Shown: in pieces, positions 50,738 through 63,205 of the stretch
Numbering within the stretch: position 1 is the stretch's first letter
How the letters are laid out: every line of letters begins with the position of its first letter
Assembly: GCA_003693705.1 (NCBI GenBank)
Contig: RBZT01000995.1
Span: 1-64,000 of the forward strand
Source of the DNA: Polymyxa betae A26-41
Lineage: Eukaryota; Protista; Endomyxa: Phytomyxea
Length of the DNA stretch: 64,000 nucleotides
Direction of reading: 5' to 3'
The notes under the pieces: generated by a model
What the model was told of the DNA's origin: nothing
Databases searched by the model: none
Seen by the model: the letters and a program-made list of their open reading frames with translations, nothing else
Program-made: the position numbers and the translations under genes

Positions 50738-51485
50738 ATGTCGACGTCTTCCAATAAAGGCACGGCTCATCTGCCGCCCATCAATATCACTGATTCGCAA
50801 ACGGTCAAACATACTTTGGACGATCAAGCCATTGCGGTTGGGCTATGTTTGAGATCTTCATTTTTGAGGCCTAAATCGCTCTAGTATGTCAGGATGAAAG
50901 GCTATCAGGAAAATATGACCCCAGTTGTGCTGTCATCAGTGATATCTATTATCGCTGTTGTTCTTGCTGTGTATGGGCATTTTCTTCCTTATCCTGCTGA
51001 AAGAACCAAGTTGATACTTTGTGTATCTGGGTATGAATTTGCGTTAGTTGTTGAAGATTTTTAACTTCTCTATTAACCAGATTTGGGATTTGTACATTGT
51101 TTTTGAGAGGTCTCAAGTTCTACTACGGCAAGAATGCCTTGATTTGTGTCAAATCTCGCGAGGTCAGTCCATCTGTCCTTATTTAACGTCGGCTTATAAC
51201 ATTGCGATATAGTCGCAGATCCCTGGACAGATACAGAAATTAGGCAAGGTGGCCCCAGGTCTCAGTCTTTCTACAACGATGGAACCGCGCCAGGATATCT
51301 ACAAGGTTACTCTGACCCCTCGGAAGTGCAACGAAGCATCAACTCAGTTGCAAGAAATCACCATTGATCTGTCTGTCTTCGAGTTCTTTGATGTTGCAGG
51401 CAACTTCTTGAGAAATAAGTTCTATGACCGACTTGGTGAAGTATTTGAAGCCTATCACTCTACGGCAGCAAAGAAGATTCAATGA
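50738..51485 (+). CDS. SPCS2: Signal peptidase complex subunit 2 (SPC25)
   Basis: INITDSQTVKHTLDD, GYQEN, two TM helices, SVFEFFDVAG; three introns. Confidence 0.85.
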
Positions 51486-51569
51486 TGCCAATATATTGTT
51501 TTAGTTCGCATCTTACTGTAATACTCTTACTTTGTCTCGTTTTGTTTATTGAGACACTTAAAAGTTACT

Positions 51570-53723
51570 TCAGTCCCCGCCATACTTCATCTCATTCTCG
51601 GAAAAGCCAACAGTTGGGAACTGTCTTGCAAATTCTACAGCACAATCAATATTTACTTGTAATCTCTCAGTTTGCACAACATACCGATAACGTCTTTTTT
51701 AAGGCCAGAGAGACCGTGGTCTTCTGATGTCAGTGTAGCCTCAAAATCTTTTATCTTGCTTGATGGAGACTAGTTCATGTTAGATCTAACAAGTCTGTTA
51801 TCGCTTATCTAACCTTCTTAGCTACTGTCAGTGTGACGTCGATACCTTTTATAACAAAATCCGCTATCTTCTTGAAGTCTGCTTCTTCCAGTCCTGTGTA
51901 AACTTTTATGTCAAAAAAACGGAATTATCATTACATGCAGAGTGGACCTCGCGATGTCATTGCCGGGGTTCCCAGTCGGATTCCTGGATGCTTATCAGTC
52001 GAAGCCGAACTTATCATCCATGAACGTTAAATACCTCCAGGAGTCATTGCACTTTTGTCACCCGGGACAGTATTTTTGTTCAAAGCAATATTGACCCGCT
52101 CCAAAGTTTTCTCCACCTTTTAGATGTCGGGAAAGATGTTTCAATGCGAAAATTGAAAGATATACCTTTGCGCCATCTATCCCCAAAGGTTTTACATCGA
52201 TGAGGAAAAGATGGTTATCAGTTCCGCCAGATACTATTCTGAATCCTTTTTCCAGGAATGATTTAGCTAGGACTTGGCAATTGGAGAGAACTTTCTTTTG
52301 GTAGGTAGTGAACTCATCCGATTTGGCCTAATTCAAAATTTAACTTGATATCGTTTATCAGTTGTAATCAGACCTGATGGAGAGCGACTGCAAGAGCAGT
52401 AATTGTGTGATTGTGAGGTCCACCTTGATGTCCAGGGAAGACGGCGTGGTTAATTGCCGACTCTAGATCATATTGGATCTCTTTCCCCTTCTTATTAACC
52501 GATTTTACTCCTGAAAGAATCAGCAACAAAGAGTTGTGATTCAAAAAAACGAACCTTTGCGGTAGAAGATCATTGCCCCTCTTGGCCCTCTTAATGATTT
52601 ATGGGTTGTAGTGGTGACAATATCAGCGTATTCGAATGGATTTCGCAGCAATTTGGCAGCTATTAATCCTGACACATGCGCCATATCGTACATGAAGTGT
52701 GCTGAATTATCATCAGCAACCTAAATAGGACTTTAGTTCGGTGAATTATCGACTTCGACAGAATTGCCTTTCGTAATATTTCGTAGTCAAAATCTCTTGA
52801 ATAAGCAGAGGCACCGCTCACTAAGATTTTTGGGCGATATCTGGAAGCCAAAAACTCCAATTCCTCGTAGTTTATCAGTCCAGTTTCCTTCGCAATGATT
52901 GAGTAGATAGAGGGAAATTCACCCAAGTCTAACCTCATTGAGCCGATAGGGCAAAACTTCGAAGTACTTGGAAACCGCTGAAATTTTCTTTGTTGGTGTT
53001 TGGTATCCATGAGACAAACTACGGCATTGCTCTTGAGAAAAGTACTTCAACAAACATTGATTGACTTACTGTCCACCATGCGGCAGATCCAAACTCATAA
53101 TCCGATCGTGTGCGTTTAGAAGGGCCGAGTATACGTAAAAATTTGCTGGAGATCCCGACAAAGGCTGAACATTGACACCCCACTTTTCCGGATCAAGCCC
53201 ATACACTTCAAGAGCCCTCTTCTGACAGAGTCGTTCTATTTGGTCGATGTATTCATTTCCGCCATCTACGAAGACGTTTTAGCTTTGCACATTCAGTCGA
53301 TCTGGTTTCATTACAATAGCGTGTTCCAGGATATCCTGAAATGAGGGTTTAGAAGATCGTATCCAGCTACCTAGTATTCATACCCTCTGAATATTTGTTT
53401 TGCATTATTGATCCAAGCGCTTCTAGAACGCTACGTGAAGTAAAATTCTACAGCCAAACTTAATAAAATCTTGGGTGGATTAGGATGTTCTTTCCTCTGA
53501 AGGAATTAAAGAGATACTCTCACGCTGACGCTGCTTTTCGTGTTCTATGATATCAAGAATTTCAGGATCTGCGTCTTTGAGAGGTCGCGATACAATCTAC
53601 TCAGTCGTCAGTAGCTAAAATTCCACTGTCTTGGGCCCATACCGAGGAATGCAGCCATCTACCGGGCAGCGATATGGTGGGACAATGGCCAGCTCTGATG
53701 CCAATCCTGATGATTGATTGCAT
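51570..53723 (-). CDS. SHMT: Serine hydroxymethyltransferase, probably mitochondrial
   Basis: [67 protein letters not shown]. Fourteen introns, including one GA-AG and one GC-AG. Confidence 0.97.
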
Positions 53724-53928
53724 AATGACGAAGTGAACTGAAGGATGGATTGGGTCAAATATGTTCAAGTAGCCTTCGTTACCGAAGTATGCCGCTTATC
53801 ATTCTACTATCACACACATCTCTAGACAGTTTATTTGGCAATCCTCTCGCTAATTACAATTTTGACCTTGCCCATGCTCAACTGTTAGTGTTTTTTTCCT
53901 GATGAGCTTTCACTAGCCTTCTGAGGGG

Positions 53929-54365
53929 ATGGCATCCGGCGACCAAAGTAAACAACCGCTTATTAGCAGAGAATCTGGTGGACTTCAATATGCTCTTCGT
54001 ATGGAGGACGATGCATTAGAAGATATGATTGCAGCTTTAGGGAGATTAGGAGCAATAAGCAAGCAGATGCATGAAGAAATTGCTCAGCAGAACCAGTAAT
54101 GTAATGGAAAAGTGACTGTGTCAGATTTAATGTGCATCATTTAGGGAAGTGCAGGATCTCAATGATCGTACATCAGTTACCACATTGAAGTTTCGGAAAG
54201 TCGATAAAAAGTTAGAGGAATTGGTCGCTCGATCAGGTAATTCAACCTTCCAATTGCAATCAAGATAGGGACTCAGAATCCGGAATAGGATGGAGCAGAA
54301 TGAAAATTATATTTTTCCTCTCGATGTTACTATTGTTTCTTATTAGCCTGATCGTCTATACATAA
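53929..54365 (+). CDS. Small tail-anchored Qc-SNARE (Bet1/syntaxin-6/8-like)
   Basis: EDDALEDM...LGRLGAISKQMHEEIAQQN SNARE heptads plus a C-terminal TM helix; two introns. Confidence 0.8.
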
Positions 54366-54578
54366 AAGACATTTGTTTGAAATGCTTCAAGTCTAACAAA
54401 GTAACGGTTCGGTCAGGTTAGCGATCATTCCTAACAGTTGCACAATACTGAAGTTTGTGGCATTAGGGCTAAATTGACTTCTTAAACAAGACATAACTCA
54501 TCATTTCCAATGATTGAGCGATTTCGAACATCATAATCTCACCAATTAATTCATTTAGTCAACAAAACATGATGTACT

Positions 54579-54991
54579 TTAAACTTCATCTTCTCTAAGA
54601 AGCATATTTGGGATCCCAGATGATATGTTATAGGTTCTTCCACAGCCATCACAGCATAGCTGTCCCTCTTCAATGTGAGTCTAATATACGATATATTAAA
54701 TCTAACGTCGCAAATGGTATCAAAACTTACATCAAGCATGAGAGTGTGTAAAGCCTGGAGTTGGGTTTCATCCTGGACAATGCCTTCGGGAGAAGAAGGA
54801 ATATCAATCATCAACTGCTTAGCAACGTCCTTGAGGACGTCATAATCAATACTAGATAGAATGTGTGTGATGAATTCCACACTGAAATCGGATTCGCCCT
54901 GCTCCAATTTAATAGGATTGATTCGAAGCGGGAAATTACGAGGGCATGATTTCACAACGCAAATCAGATGATTATGAGTAAGAATTCGCAT
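54579..54991 (-). CDS. TRM112: Methyltransferase activator Trm112
   Basis: [21 protein letters not shown], then [30 protein letters not shown] after one intron. Confidence 0.95.
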
Positions 54992-55205
54992 CGTGTAGGC
55001 AAAATCGATGACGAAATCGCAAATTTGGAAGAAACTCAATGTTGGTCAATCACCAAATTTGAGAATACCATTCGGTACGGACTTCGTAACCAAAAAAAAT
55101 TTCACCAGATTTTGGAAAAATTTCCGAAAAAATTCAGATTAATCGGGCAGGATTTTTGTACGGTGGTAGATGATCTCATCACAATCTTGAGCATGCAACC
55201 TCGTT

Positions 55206-55952
55206 ATGGATATCACTGACGATGAACAGAATCAATACAAACTGGTTGTTTGTCTTGCCAAAGAACGAGGGCAGGCAACAGAACATCATTCAGCAAATTA
55301 TCGCAAACTACATGAGTCAATTCGGGAAATTCCAAAATCACATTCATTACCGGCGCCACGACCAATGACGGTTCAAAATAAGTTCAATGTTCGACTCAAA
55401 CTAGCCGATAATCCGGTCAAAATAAAGAAAAAGCCGATCAATCAAACTGCTGCTATTATTCGAAACGAGCGGATCAAAGAAATGAACCCTTCAATGGAAG
55501 TATCCCAGACCGTTGAAGGTAAGCACTCCCAGACGTTTGTCCAATCGGAACAGCCCCCAGCGATACATCCAGCAAACATAAATTATGCTACAATCCAAAG
55601 AAATGATCTCAAGCTTTGTAAACGCCTTTATAAGCTTCAATCAGAATTTGAGAAAATCATCAGCACCTCGAATCAGCACGGTTCGAAACAAGTCATTGTC
55701 GAGAGTGAAGAGCACTGGGAGAAAAAACTGTTAGCTCCATTGTTCAGGGATGACGAATTCAAACATCCGTTTGCCAATATAGCATCAACATCTCTGTTTT
55801 CGGCAAAAAAACACAAATCGCACCCCATTGTTGTGAAGAACCAGCATGCAAGAGATGTGTTTTTTGAAAAAATCCGAAAACATATCATAGATAATTCGAA
55901 GGTGCACTATCGATCGCTACGAAGATGTTATCCAAGGATCAAGCAAAACTAA
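55206..55952 (+). CDS. Hypothetical basic protein, 248 aa
   Basis: Intronless ORF divergent from TRM112; no motif recognised. Confidence 0.55.
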   Translation: MDITDDEQNQYKLVVCLAKERGQATEHHSANYRKLHESIREIPKSHSLPAPRPMTVQNKFNVRLKLADNPVKIKKKPINQTAAIIRNERIKEMNPSMEVSQTVEGKHSQTFVQSEQPPAIHPANINYATIQRNDLKLCKRLYKLQSEFEKIISTSNQHGSKQVIVESEEHWEKKLLAPLFRDDEFKHPFANIASTSLFSAKKHKSHPIVVKNQHARDVFFEKIRKHIIDNSKVHYRSLRRCYPRIKQN

Positions 55953-55990
55953 TAGATGTATGAATAGCTTGTATAATGTTCGGCAAACGA

Positions 55991-57028
55991 TCAAGAAGCA
56001 GGAACGGGATCTTCATCGGATAGAGCGACATCGTGAATGTGTATCACATGGTCATCTTTGAGTGAATATTTGATAAGCAAACGGTCAAGCCGAACCAAAT
56101 AAACTTTGGTCGGATTCGGAGTGGATCGTTGATAGAGTGATCGAATGTCGTTTCGAAGAACCTCCTCAATCAATAACTGAATTGATTTGATATCATCATA
56201 AAATTCCAACTCAGAAACAAGATCCTTTAACTGAGATCGAACTTGATCTGTGAAACATACAGATAATGGTGGCGAGCCCTGAGCGAAATCGGATTGAATC
56301 CATTCAGGACAGGTTGTTGCTCTTAAAGCATCATATCTCTCTACATATGGCTTAATATCAAGAATAGGCGTCCCAGAGATCAAATCTACTCCAGATAGAA
56401 GAATTCGATTATCAGAAATAGATTCGATACGACCCAGACTGAGTGCGATCGGATTCGGGCGATGAGGACAGCGAGTAGCGAAGATTCCTTTCTTCGCACC
56501 ATTCAGTCTCGGAGGAGCAATTTTAGTTTTGAACTTTCCGTCCTGCGATTTAATGATGTCCGTATTTTGGTGAAAGATCGCAATGATCCATATATGTGAG
56601 AAGGATTCCAAACCAGAAAGGCTGGACTGAGCCTGCACGAAAGGCTCCAGAACTAATTCGGCTTTGGCATGTGCCGCTAAAAGAGACTGTCTCGGTGTCC
56701 CGCGGCGGTCACGAAATACAGATTGAATGAATCCAATAGGTTTCAGTGGAACAACACCTGAGCATGTAATCTGTCTCTGCTCACGAAGCAGTTTTTCAGC
56801 TCGAGTTCGACCAACGCGATCATCATGCCGCTTCCGGCGTTCGTGATCGAGAAGTGATTCCAATTCTTTGATTTTAGGTGCGTCTTCTTGACCTAAGGTA
56901 AAGTTTAGAAACTGGGGATTGGTTCCTGACTGTGACTGACGCCGGCAGAAGAAGACGCCGAATAGAACTACATCAACTACAAGTGTTACAACGAGAGAGA
57001 ATGGGATTGATAAGAACAGATCCCACAT
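55991..57028 (-). CDS. TRMO: tRNA m6t6A37 methyltransferase TrmO/TsaA (YaeB family) with N-terminal TM and coiled coil
   Basis: PIGFIQSVF...GTPRQ, GLESFSHIW, GIFATRCPHRPNPIALS, GTPILDIKPY. Confidence 0.92.
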   Translation of the reverse strand: MWDLFLSIPFSLVVTLVVDVVLFGVFFCRRQSQSGTNPQFLNFTLGQEDAPKIKELESLLDHERRKRHDDRVGRTRAEKLLREQRQITCSGVVPLKPIGFIQSVFRDRRGTPRQSLLAAHAKAELVLEPFVQAQSSLSGLESFSHIWIIAIFHQNTDIIKSQDGKFKTKIAPPRLNGAKKGIFATRCPHRPNPIALSLGRIESISDNRILLSGVDLISGTPILDIKPYVERYDALRATTCPEWIQSDFAQGSPPLSVCFTDQVRSQLKDLVSELEFYDDIKSIQLLIEEVLRNDIRSLYQRSTPNPTKVYLVRLDRLLIKYSLKDDHVIHIHDVALSDEDPVPAS

Positions 57029-57593
57029 CGTAACAGAAACTCTTCAAGAGTGCGACCTGTCACCGTTGACCGAAACTGCGCGTGATCATTGTGGGATTTT
57101 ATAATCATATTTAATACCTACTTACGTGTCACATTAAAGAGTTACATCAGCCAACGTTTTAGAACAGCGATCTGGTAAAGAAGGCATAATGTTGCAATAT
57201 TTACGAACATGTACAAATAAAAGCCAGCAACTTGTTGGACAGCTATGGGCACTGAATCTGCCTGAATCGGTCACGTTTTTAATCTCCAAATATGTCTCGT
57301 TAAGCAATCGGTGCTCCGTTTTTACTTAAACGGAGAAGTCATATAGGATAACGTCAGAACGTTAACAATGTTATAATCATCGGCTCATCGCTTCAAATGT
57401 CGTACTGTATTGCACAGTTAAGCAGACTTCTAGTTGCGTATCTGCTTCGTATGAGAATGTGATAAGGAGAGGCCAGAACTCCCCAATTGACAATGAATAA
57501 AAATGTTGTAAAGACCCCATGACAACCCCGTCCCAACACCGAGTAAAGTGCGGTGCAGTGCTACAGAGGACTCTCTCTTATCCCATCATTGCA

Positions 57594-60500
57594 ATGTCGA
57601 TCTCGGCTCCAACACCACAATCCACATCTGTCTTATCGGACCATAATTCACCTCAAGACGAATCGATTCAGCTCAGCCGTTTGGAAGACCTTGCCGATGC
57701 CTTTTACAACAGTCAGGATCAAGGTAGAAACGCCAATCCGAGTCGTGCTTCGTTATCATTAAATCGTGCACCTTCAGGAGCAAGAAGGCAGGCCCATATA
57801 GCTCTGCTGCCTTTCACTAACTCTGCTGATTGCATTCCTCAATGTCAGTTCATTATTGACCATTCTCGCAAGCCATACGCTCTTCTGTTAGCCGCTTCAA
57901 GTTTACTTCGGTTGCTGACACAATTTTGGAACGCTTTCAGCGTCGACCAAACCGTCGAAATGCGCAATTACTTGTTAAATTATCTGGCATCGAATGTGGA
58001 GAAAGGTCTTCCCAATTTTGTTCAAGCTGCTATTATTCAGGTGCTGGTTGCAAGCTGATGATGTTCTGTTAGGTCTCATCTGTAATAGGACATTTGCAGG
58101 ATTGCAAAGCTCGGTTGGCTTTCATATCAACATCAAGACGTTGTCACAGACATTTCCAAAATCTTGGAACACTCACTGCTGCATTGCGTTTTGGGTCTGC
58201 AGATTCTTACCGAATTGATCGACGAAATGAACCATGCCATTCCAGGTGAGTAATCTGTTTTTTAAGGGTCGGAGTATCCTTAGGCTCAAGAAATATTGCT
58301 TAGGAGAAACAGTTTCGGCTCACAGGAAAGTTGCCGTATCGTTTCGTGATAAGGCACTGCTGCATGTTTTTCAAATCTCGTTAACCTCCCTGAAGCAACT
58401 GGTTTCGAGTCCTGAGGGGGGAGTTGATCCTGCCTTAAGTTTAAAAGCTCGTATGCAATCATTAATGCTTTGCTTGAAATGTCTGTCATTTGATTATATT
58501 GGAACGTGTTCGGATGAATCAACTGAAGTATGTGACGCTTATCGTGCCGGTATTGCTCTTGATCCGTCATTCAGGAATTCGGGTCCTTGCAGATTCCATC
58601 ATCCTGGCGAACATCGATTGAGGACGCTGCAACATTGGTGCTGTTCTTCGATGTTATTAAGAAAAGCAAAGGGCCGCATATCAGCAAGGTATTGGCATGC
58701 AAATTATCTCGTCGTGGCAAAACTAATAGCGTTAGTGCATGGAAATTCTGGTTCAGCTTTCCTCTGTAAGACGGTCACTATTTTCTTCTGAAGAGTTGAG
58801 AAAAAAGTAGATCTCCTTCAAACGGTTTACAGATACATTTCTGATTTCTGTTCAGATATCTACACTGTCTTCTTCAGAACACATCTGATGTCATTGAAAA
58901 TCATTCGCATATTCTTTCTGATAAAGAAACGTACATTCATTTCTGTCGTTTACTCGTCGCCATTAAAGCTAACTATCAGCTAGCGGATTTGGCCAATGTA
59001 AATCAGAAATCCGCTATAATATCGATGTGCTTATTCACCTCACAGCTTGAGATCTATGGCCCCTGGATTCGTTCTGTAGCGAACTTCACAGTAACGAGTT
59101 TCGCGAACTGGGAATGGGTTGGATCATCGACACATTACTTGGTGACATTATGGGCTCGGTTAACGCTTTCGATTCCCTACATGCGTGGAGATCTCACCAC
59201 ATATCTAGATACACTTGTGCCTCAGGTCTGTCGCTTTTGGCATTAAAGTGAATTCGCGCTTATGCTACTGTACAGGTCACGCAGGCATTCATTGATACAA
59301 GAATGAAAGCGGTTACAAAAGACGTTGAAGAAGACGAAGCTGACACATTCTTTGAGGAATCGTCGATCTCTGAAAATCTTCATTATATTCCTACGCTCTG
59401 TCGGTATGTCTTTCGCTTTCTGTTTTTTTACAGCAACTGGATTTGTATTTTTAGTCACGTCTATTCATCAACTTTTTCGTTCCTGTGCACTCGGTTGGAT
59501 CCATTACTTCAAAGTTATCGTGAGGCCGTCGAAATACTACGATCAGAAAGAGCGGTTGATAACAGTTTCTGGCGAAACGTGAACGTCACCGAAGGTTACT
59601 GCTCTCTGCCTGGGTCAGATGTTTGCAATCCTGAGTACTCTTCTTAGCAACTTTGAGCTGGCTGATTTATGTCACTGGTTCGGTGATCTCTGGTCAGGTA
59701 AGCTCAGCTACTTCCCGAGATGATCAAATTGCCATCGATGGGCAATTATGCGCCCGTATATTCCTTCTCCTTGATAAGACCACTTTCCGGGTCACTACAA
59801 CCCAGAACGCCAACGTGTCATGTCCATCTTATATTGATCAAGCACTTTTGTATTTCATGCAGCAGTTCAGAAAGTAACATTCGTGCTTGACGGCTGATGT
59901 CCATAATGATTGGCATTACTAAACAGAGCCCATGTTGGGCAAGAAACCGTTACGCGGGGCATTCGTGTGATGGATGCTACGACCGCAACTGAACCCCAGA
60001 TTTTTTCGGCGATGTCTGAGATAATGGGCCAGCCTACTCAACAGATCTCGATTCTCAATGGGATGCTTGAGGTGAGCTATCTGTATTCCGTTTTCGTTTG
60101 TCCTCAACTGCTTGAAGAAAATCGTCGCAATTCTCAGGGTTTGGGCTCGCAATACCCCAATGTGTAGTGAAGCGCTGACGCTGCTTCATGATCTGTCGTC
60201 AGGGTATGGTAATCTGTGATTTTATCAGGACATAATTTAGTATTCGTTTGACAGATATTCAAGTGCTAAGCTGCTGCTTCAGTGTGAGGCAGCCAAATCT
60301 ATTCTCACTAACCATGGGAAATCGAGCGTTTTCCCATTCATGGACGTACCTGTCAATTCAAAACTTCGCACCAGGTTTTACATAACTTGGGTCAAACTCT
60401 TTCTTTGTCGTTGACTGCCATTCTGATTTATGTCCATCAGGGTAGAATGGTCATGTCAGAGCAGAATATCGATTTCTTTGATCAATACATGGAGCCCTTC

Positions 60501-62099
60501 GAACAACGATTCAATTTCTTGAACCAGCAAGGCAATTTTCGGACAGATGAGGTAGGGTGGTGTTTGCCCTGTTATTCCAAAATTTTGATGTCCAATCAAG
60601 GTCCGCCATCTTGGAATTGGTCTGACACGAGATCTGCGGGGCATTGTACAATCCACATACAACAAGGTTGCTTACACGATGTTCTTTGACTGGATCTATC
60701 CCAAATTTTTTGGGCAGGTTTATAAAGCGTTTCGACAGCGATATTCGTATCTGAATTCAGGTTAGGTTCTTCGTTTACTGGAAAGTCTCTGGGATATTCC
60801 TGCTGTAGCCATTCCTGTTTTGCGGTTTATTGCTGAATTTGTCCTGAACCGGACCCAAAGGATTTCCTTCGGCCCTTCTGTTCCAAACGGAATTGTACGT
60901 TTGATTAATTAACGCTGCTTACTTGTTAATGTTAAGGTCTCATTAGATATTGTTCCGCGAATCGAGTAAGATGATTTCTATTTATGGCAATCGAATTTTG
61001 GCTAACAAGGACACTGTTGGTGATGTCTATAAAGAACGGTAAGATCCCATTGACAGTGATTAACTGATCGTATTAAGTTGTTCATCCAGGTATAAAGGCA
61101 TCGGGCTCTGTATGGACATTCTATACAATGGGCTGAGTGGAGATTATACGAATTTTGGTACATTTGCTGTTTCATTTATCCAGCACCTTTGTCATATTTT
61201 TACTTTATAGGCGTATTTCATCTTTACAACGACCCCTGCCTTCAGACTGCGTTTCAGACGGTTATTAAACTGATTCTGCTGTTTCCTTTATCGGAGCTTT
61301 TAGCATTCAAGAAGATTTCGCTCAAGTATTTCACATTGTTAGAGATTCTTTACCGAAACCATATGGATTTGTTCGTCCAGCTTGACACTCCAGTGTAATA
61401 AGTTTTGATGGTCCATGATGTCACACTGATTCTCACAATGACCCAGGTTTCTAGCCCTTCTGTCGTCGTTAGCTGACGGAATTTCCTCATTTGATACGAG
61501 AGTATCGTCTCTAGCTGCAACTGCTGTTGACAACGTTGCCACATTTATTTTCAAGCAAAAGAACAAAAAGAGCGCTAGAGGACCAGCAGCAGTATTCGCT
61601 CTGTTTGAGAAGCATATGGTAATTTCCCTGTACTTGCTTCTTTGTCTGGTACTGATCATGTTTATTTTAGTCTCAATCAGGTGATATATTCCCTTCATTT
61701 CTACAGCTTCTTCTGCAGCTCATTATTTTCGAAAATGCATCAAACCACTGGGCTCTATCACGTCCTGTACTCAGTTTAATCCTTGATATGGAGCCGGTCC
61801 GATAGATATTACTCTTCTATAGATTGCTCATTTCTGACTTGTTCATCTCCTAGGCGTTCACTCAGCTCAAACAAGAACTCATCAGGGCTCAAACTCCAGA
61901 GTTGCAATCTCTGATTGCTGCTGCATCTGAAAGATTGATGGAAGGTTGTCGTTTCTTCTTTATACATGCCCTAGCGTCCTGATTATTGTTAGGTATCCGT
62001 CCAAATCTTGACAATCGTAATCGGGATAAATTTACACAAAATTTAACCCTATTTCGAAACGATCTGCGAAAATTGGGAGTAAAGCCGTTCGGGTCATAG
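57594..62099 (+). CDS. XPO7: Exportin-7 / RanBP16-17
   Basis: EMRNYLLNYL, HRKVAVSFRD, LQIPSSWR, RDLRGI, YTMFFDWIYP, NRTQRISF..SVPNGIILFRE, YTNFGVF.LYND, NRDKFTQNL. About 23 introns. Confidence 0.95.
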
Positions 62100-62225
62100 G
62101 ATATCTGACATCGTCCTGGCATTGTTTCTCTGTTCACGATTGTATACACAAAATTGAATAAAACAGAACAGTAATGATAAACAGACATTTATCTAGAATT
62201 TTTGTGGATTCTTGAGTGAGTTAAA

Positions 62226-62976
62226 TCATTTAGGAACAGATCCATAATCTAGAACGTATGGAGCAACAGCTACTCCACCACGACTGCTTAATGTCTTGAT
62301 TGTATCCCAGCGATGCCAGGCTCCAGACTCTGCTAAAAATCCTGTCATTTAGTCAGGCCAAGACACGCCAATAGATCTACCAACAAATATTCCACAACCT
62401 TCCAAAGGCTCCAAAGGTTGCCCTTTGTCATTAACGTCAAGCGGCGTCGTGAATTGGTCCACAACATCTAAATCAATTGGAACGATCGGATATTGAACAT
62501 ATGCTGGATTATAAGCCGGTATCGACTGTATAAAATCAGGTGTCAATGGAACAGGCTTGATACAGCCAGGAATCGATTGCTCTCCTGTTAGCTGTACCTG
62601 AAAAACTTCAATCCGCTTGTAATCAAAACTGCTTTCGAATTACTTCAATTGGAACTTGGCGGACGACATCGTCGCCATGGAACAAGACATTATACTGTTC
62701 ATCATCAGCAGATTGCATCATACATTTATGATAAACCAGAGTCCAATGCCTTGGCAGACTGCTCCATTCGTTATTCCAGAGAGCATATGCTGGTCCTGGT
62801 TCGAAAGCGGCATCTAATTGATACAAGTCGGTCTGAGGCACATCCAGTTTCACCTGCGATGTGCAGAGATCACGAGCACATAACGACGTCTGCCGTTTCT
62901 GAACCGAACAGACGACGACCGGTGCTGCTGACAGCGAACCCGGCTGAGAAGCCACAATGTAGCCTGCAAGCTTCAT
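62226..62976 (-). CDS. Hypothetical protein (3 exons)
   Basis: ORF segments 62623-62976 and 62349-62546 and a final AESGAWHRWDTIK..GSVPK* exon are linked by GT-AG introns. Start uncertain. Confidence 0.5.
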
Positions 62977-63205
62977 ACCCGCCTAGAGCGCATTTGCTGA
63001 TAAAACCATAATTCGGATTTTTACAAAACTTGACGAGTTCAGATAGCTGAAACATATTACAAACTGGATAAAAGTTTTGGTCTTTATAAAGTACTTTCGA
63101 TGACAATCCGTTAGTTAAGATTTCTAATTAGATCATTGGAATAAAAGCAAATATCGCGATGATGATAGAAAGACGTTTTGAACGAAAGCTTCCTGATAGG
63201 GTTGA

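Noticed and set aside
62870-63106. Cys-rich ORF ending in TGA as a possible selenoprotein
   Set aside because: Overlaps a better spliced model in another frame; readthrough stops soon after; no SECIS recognised.
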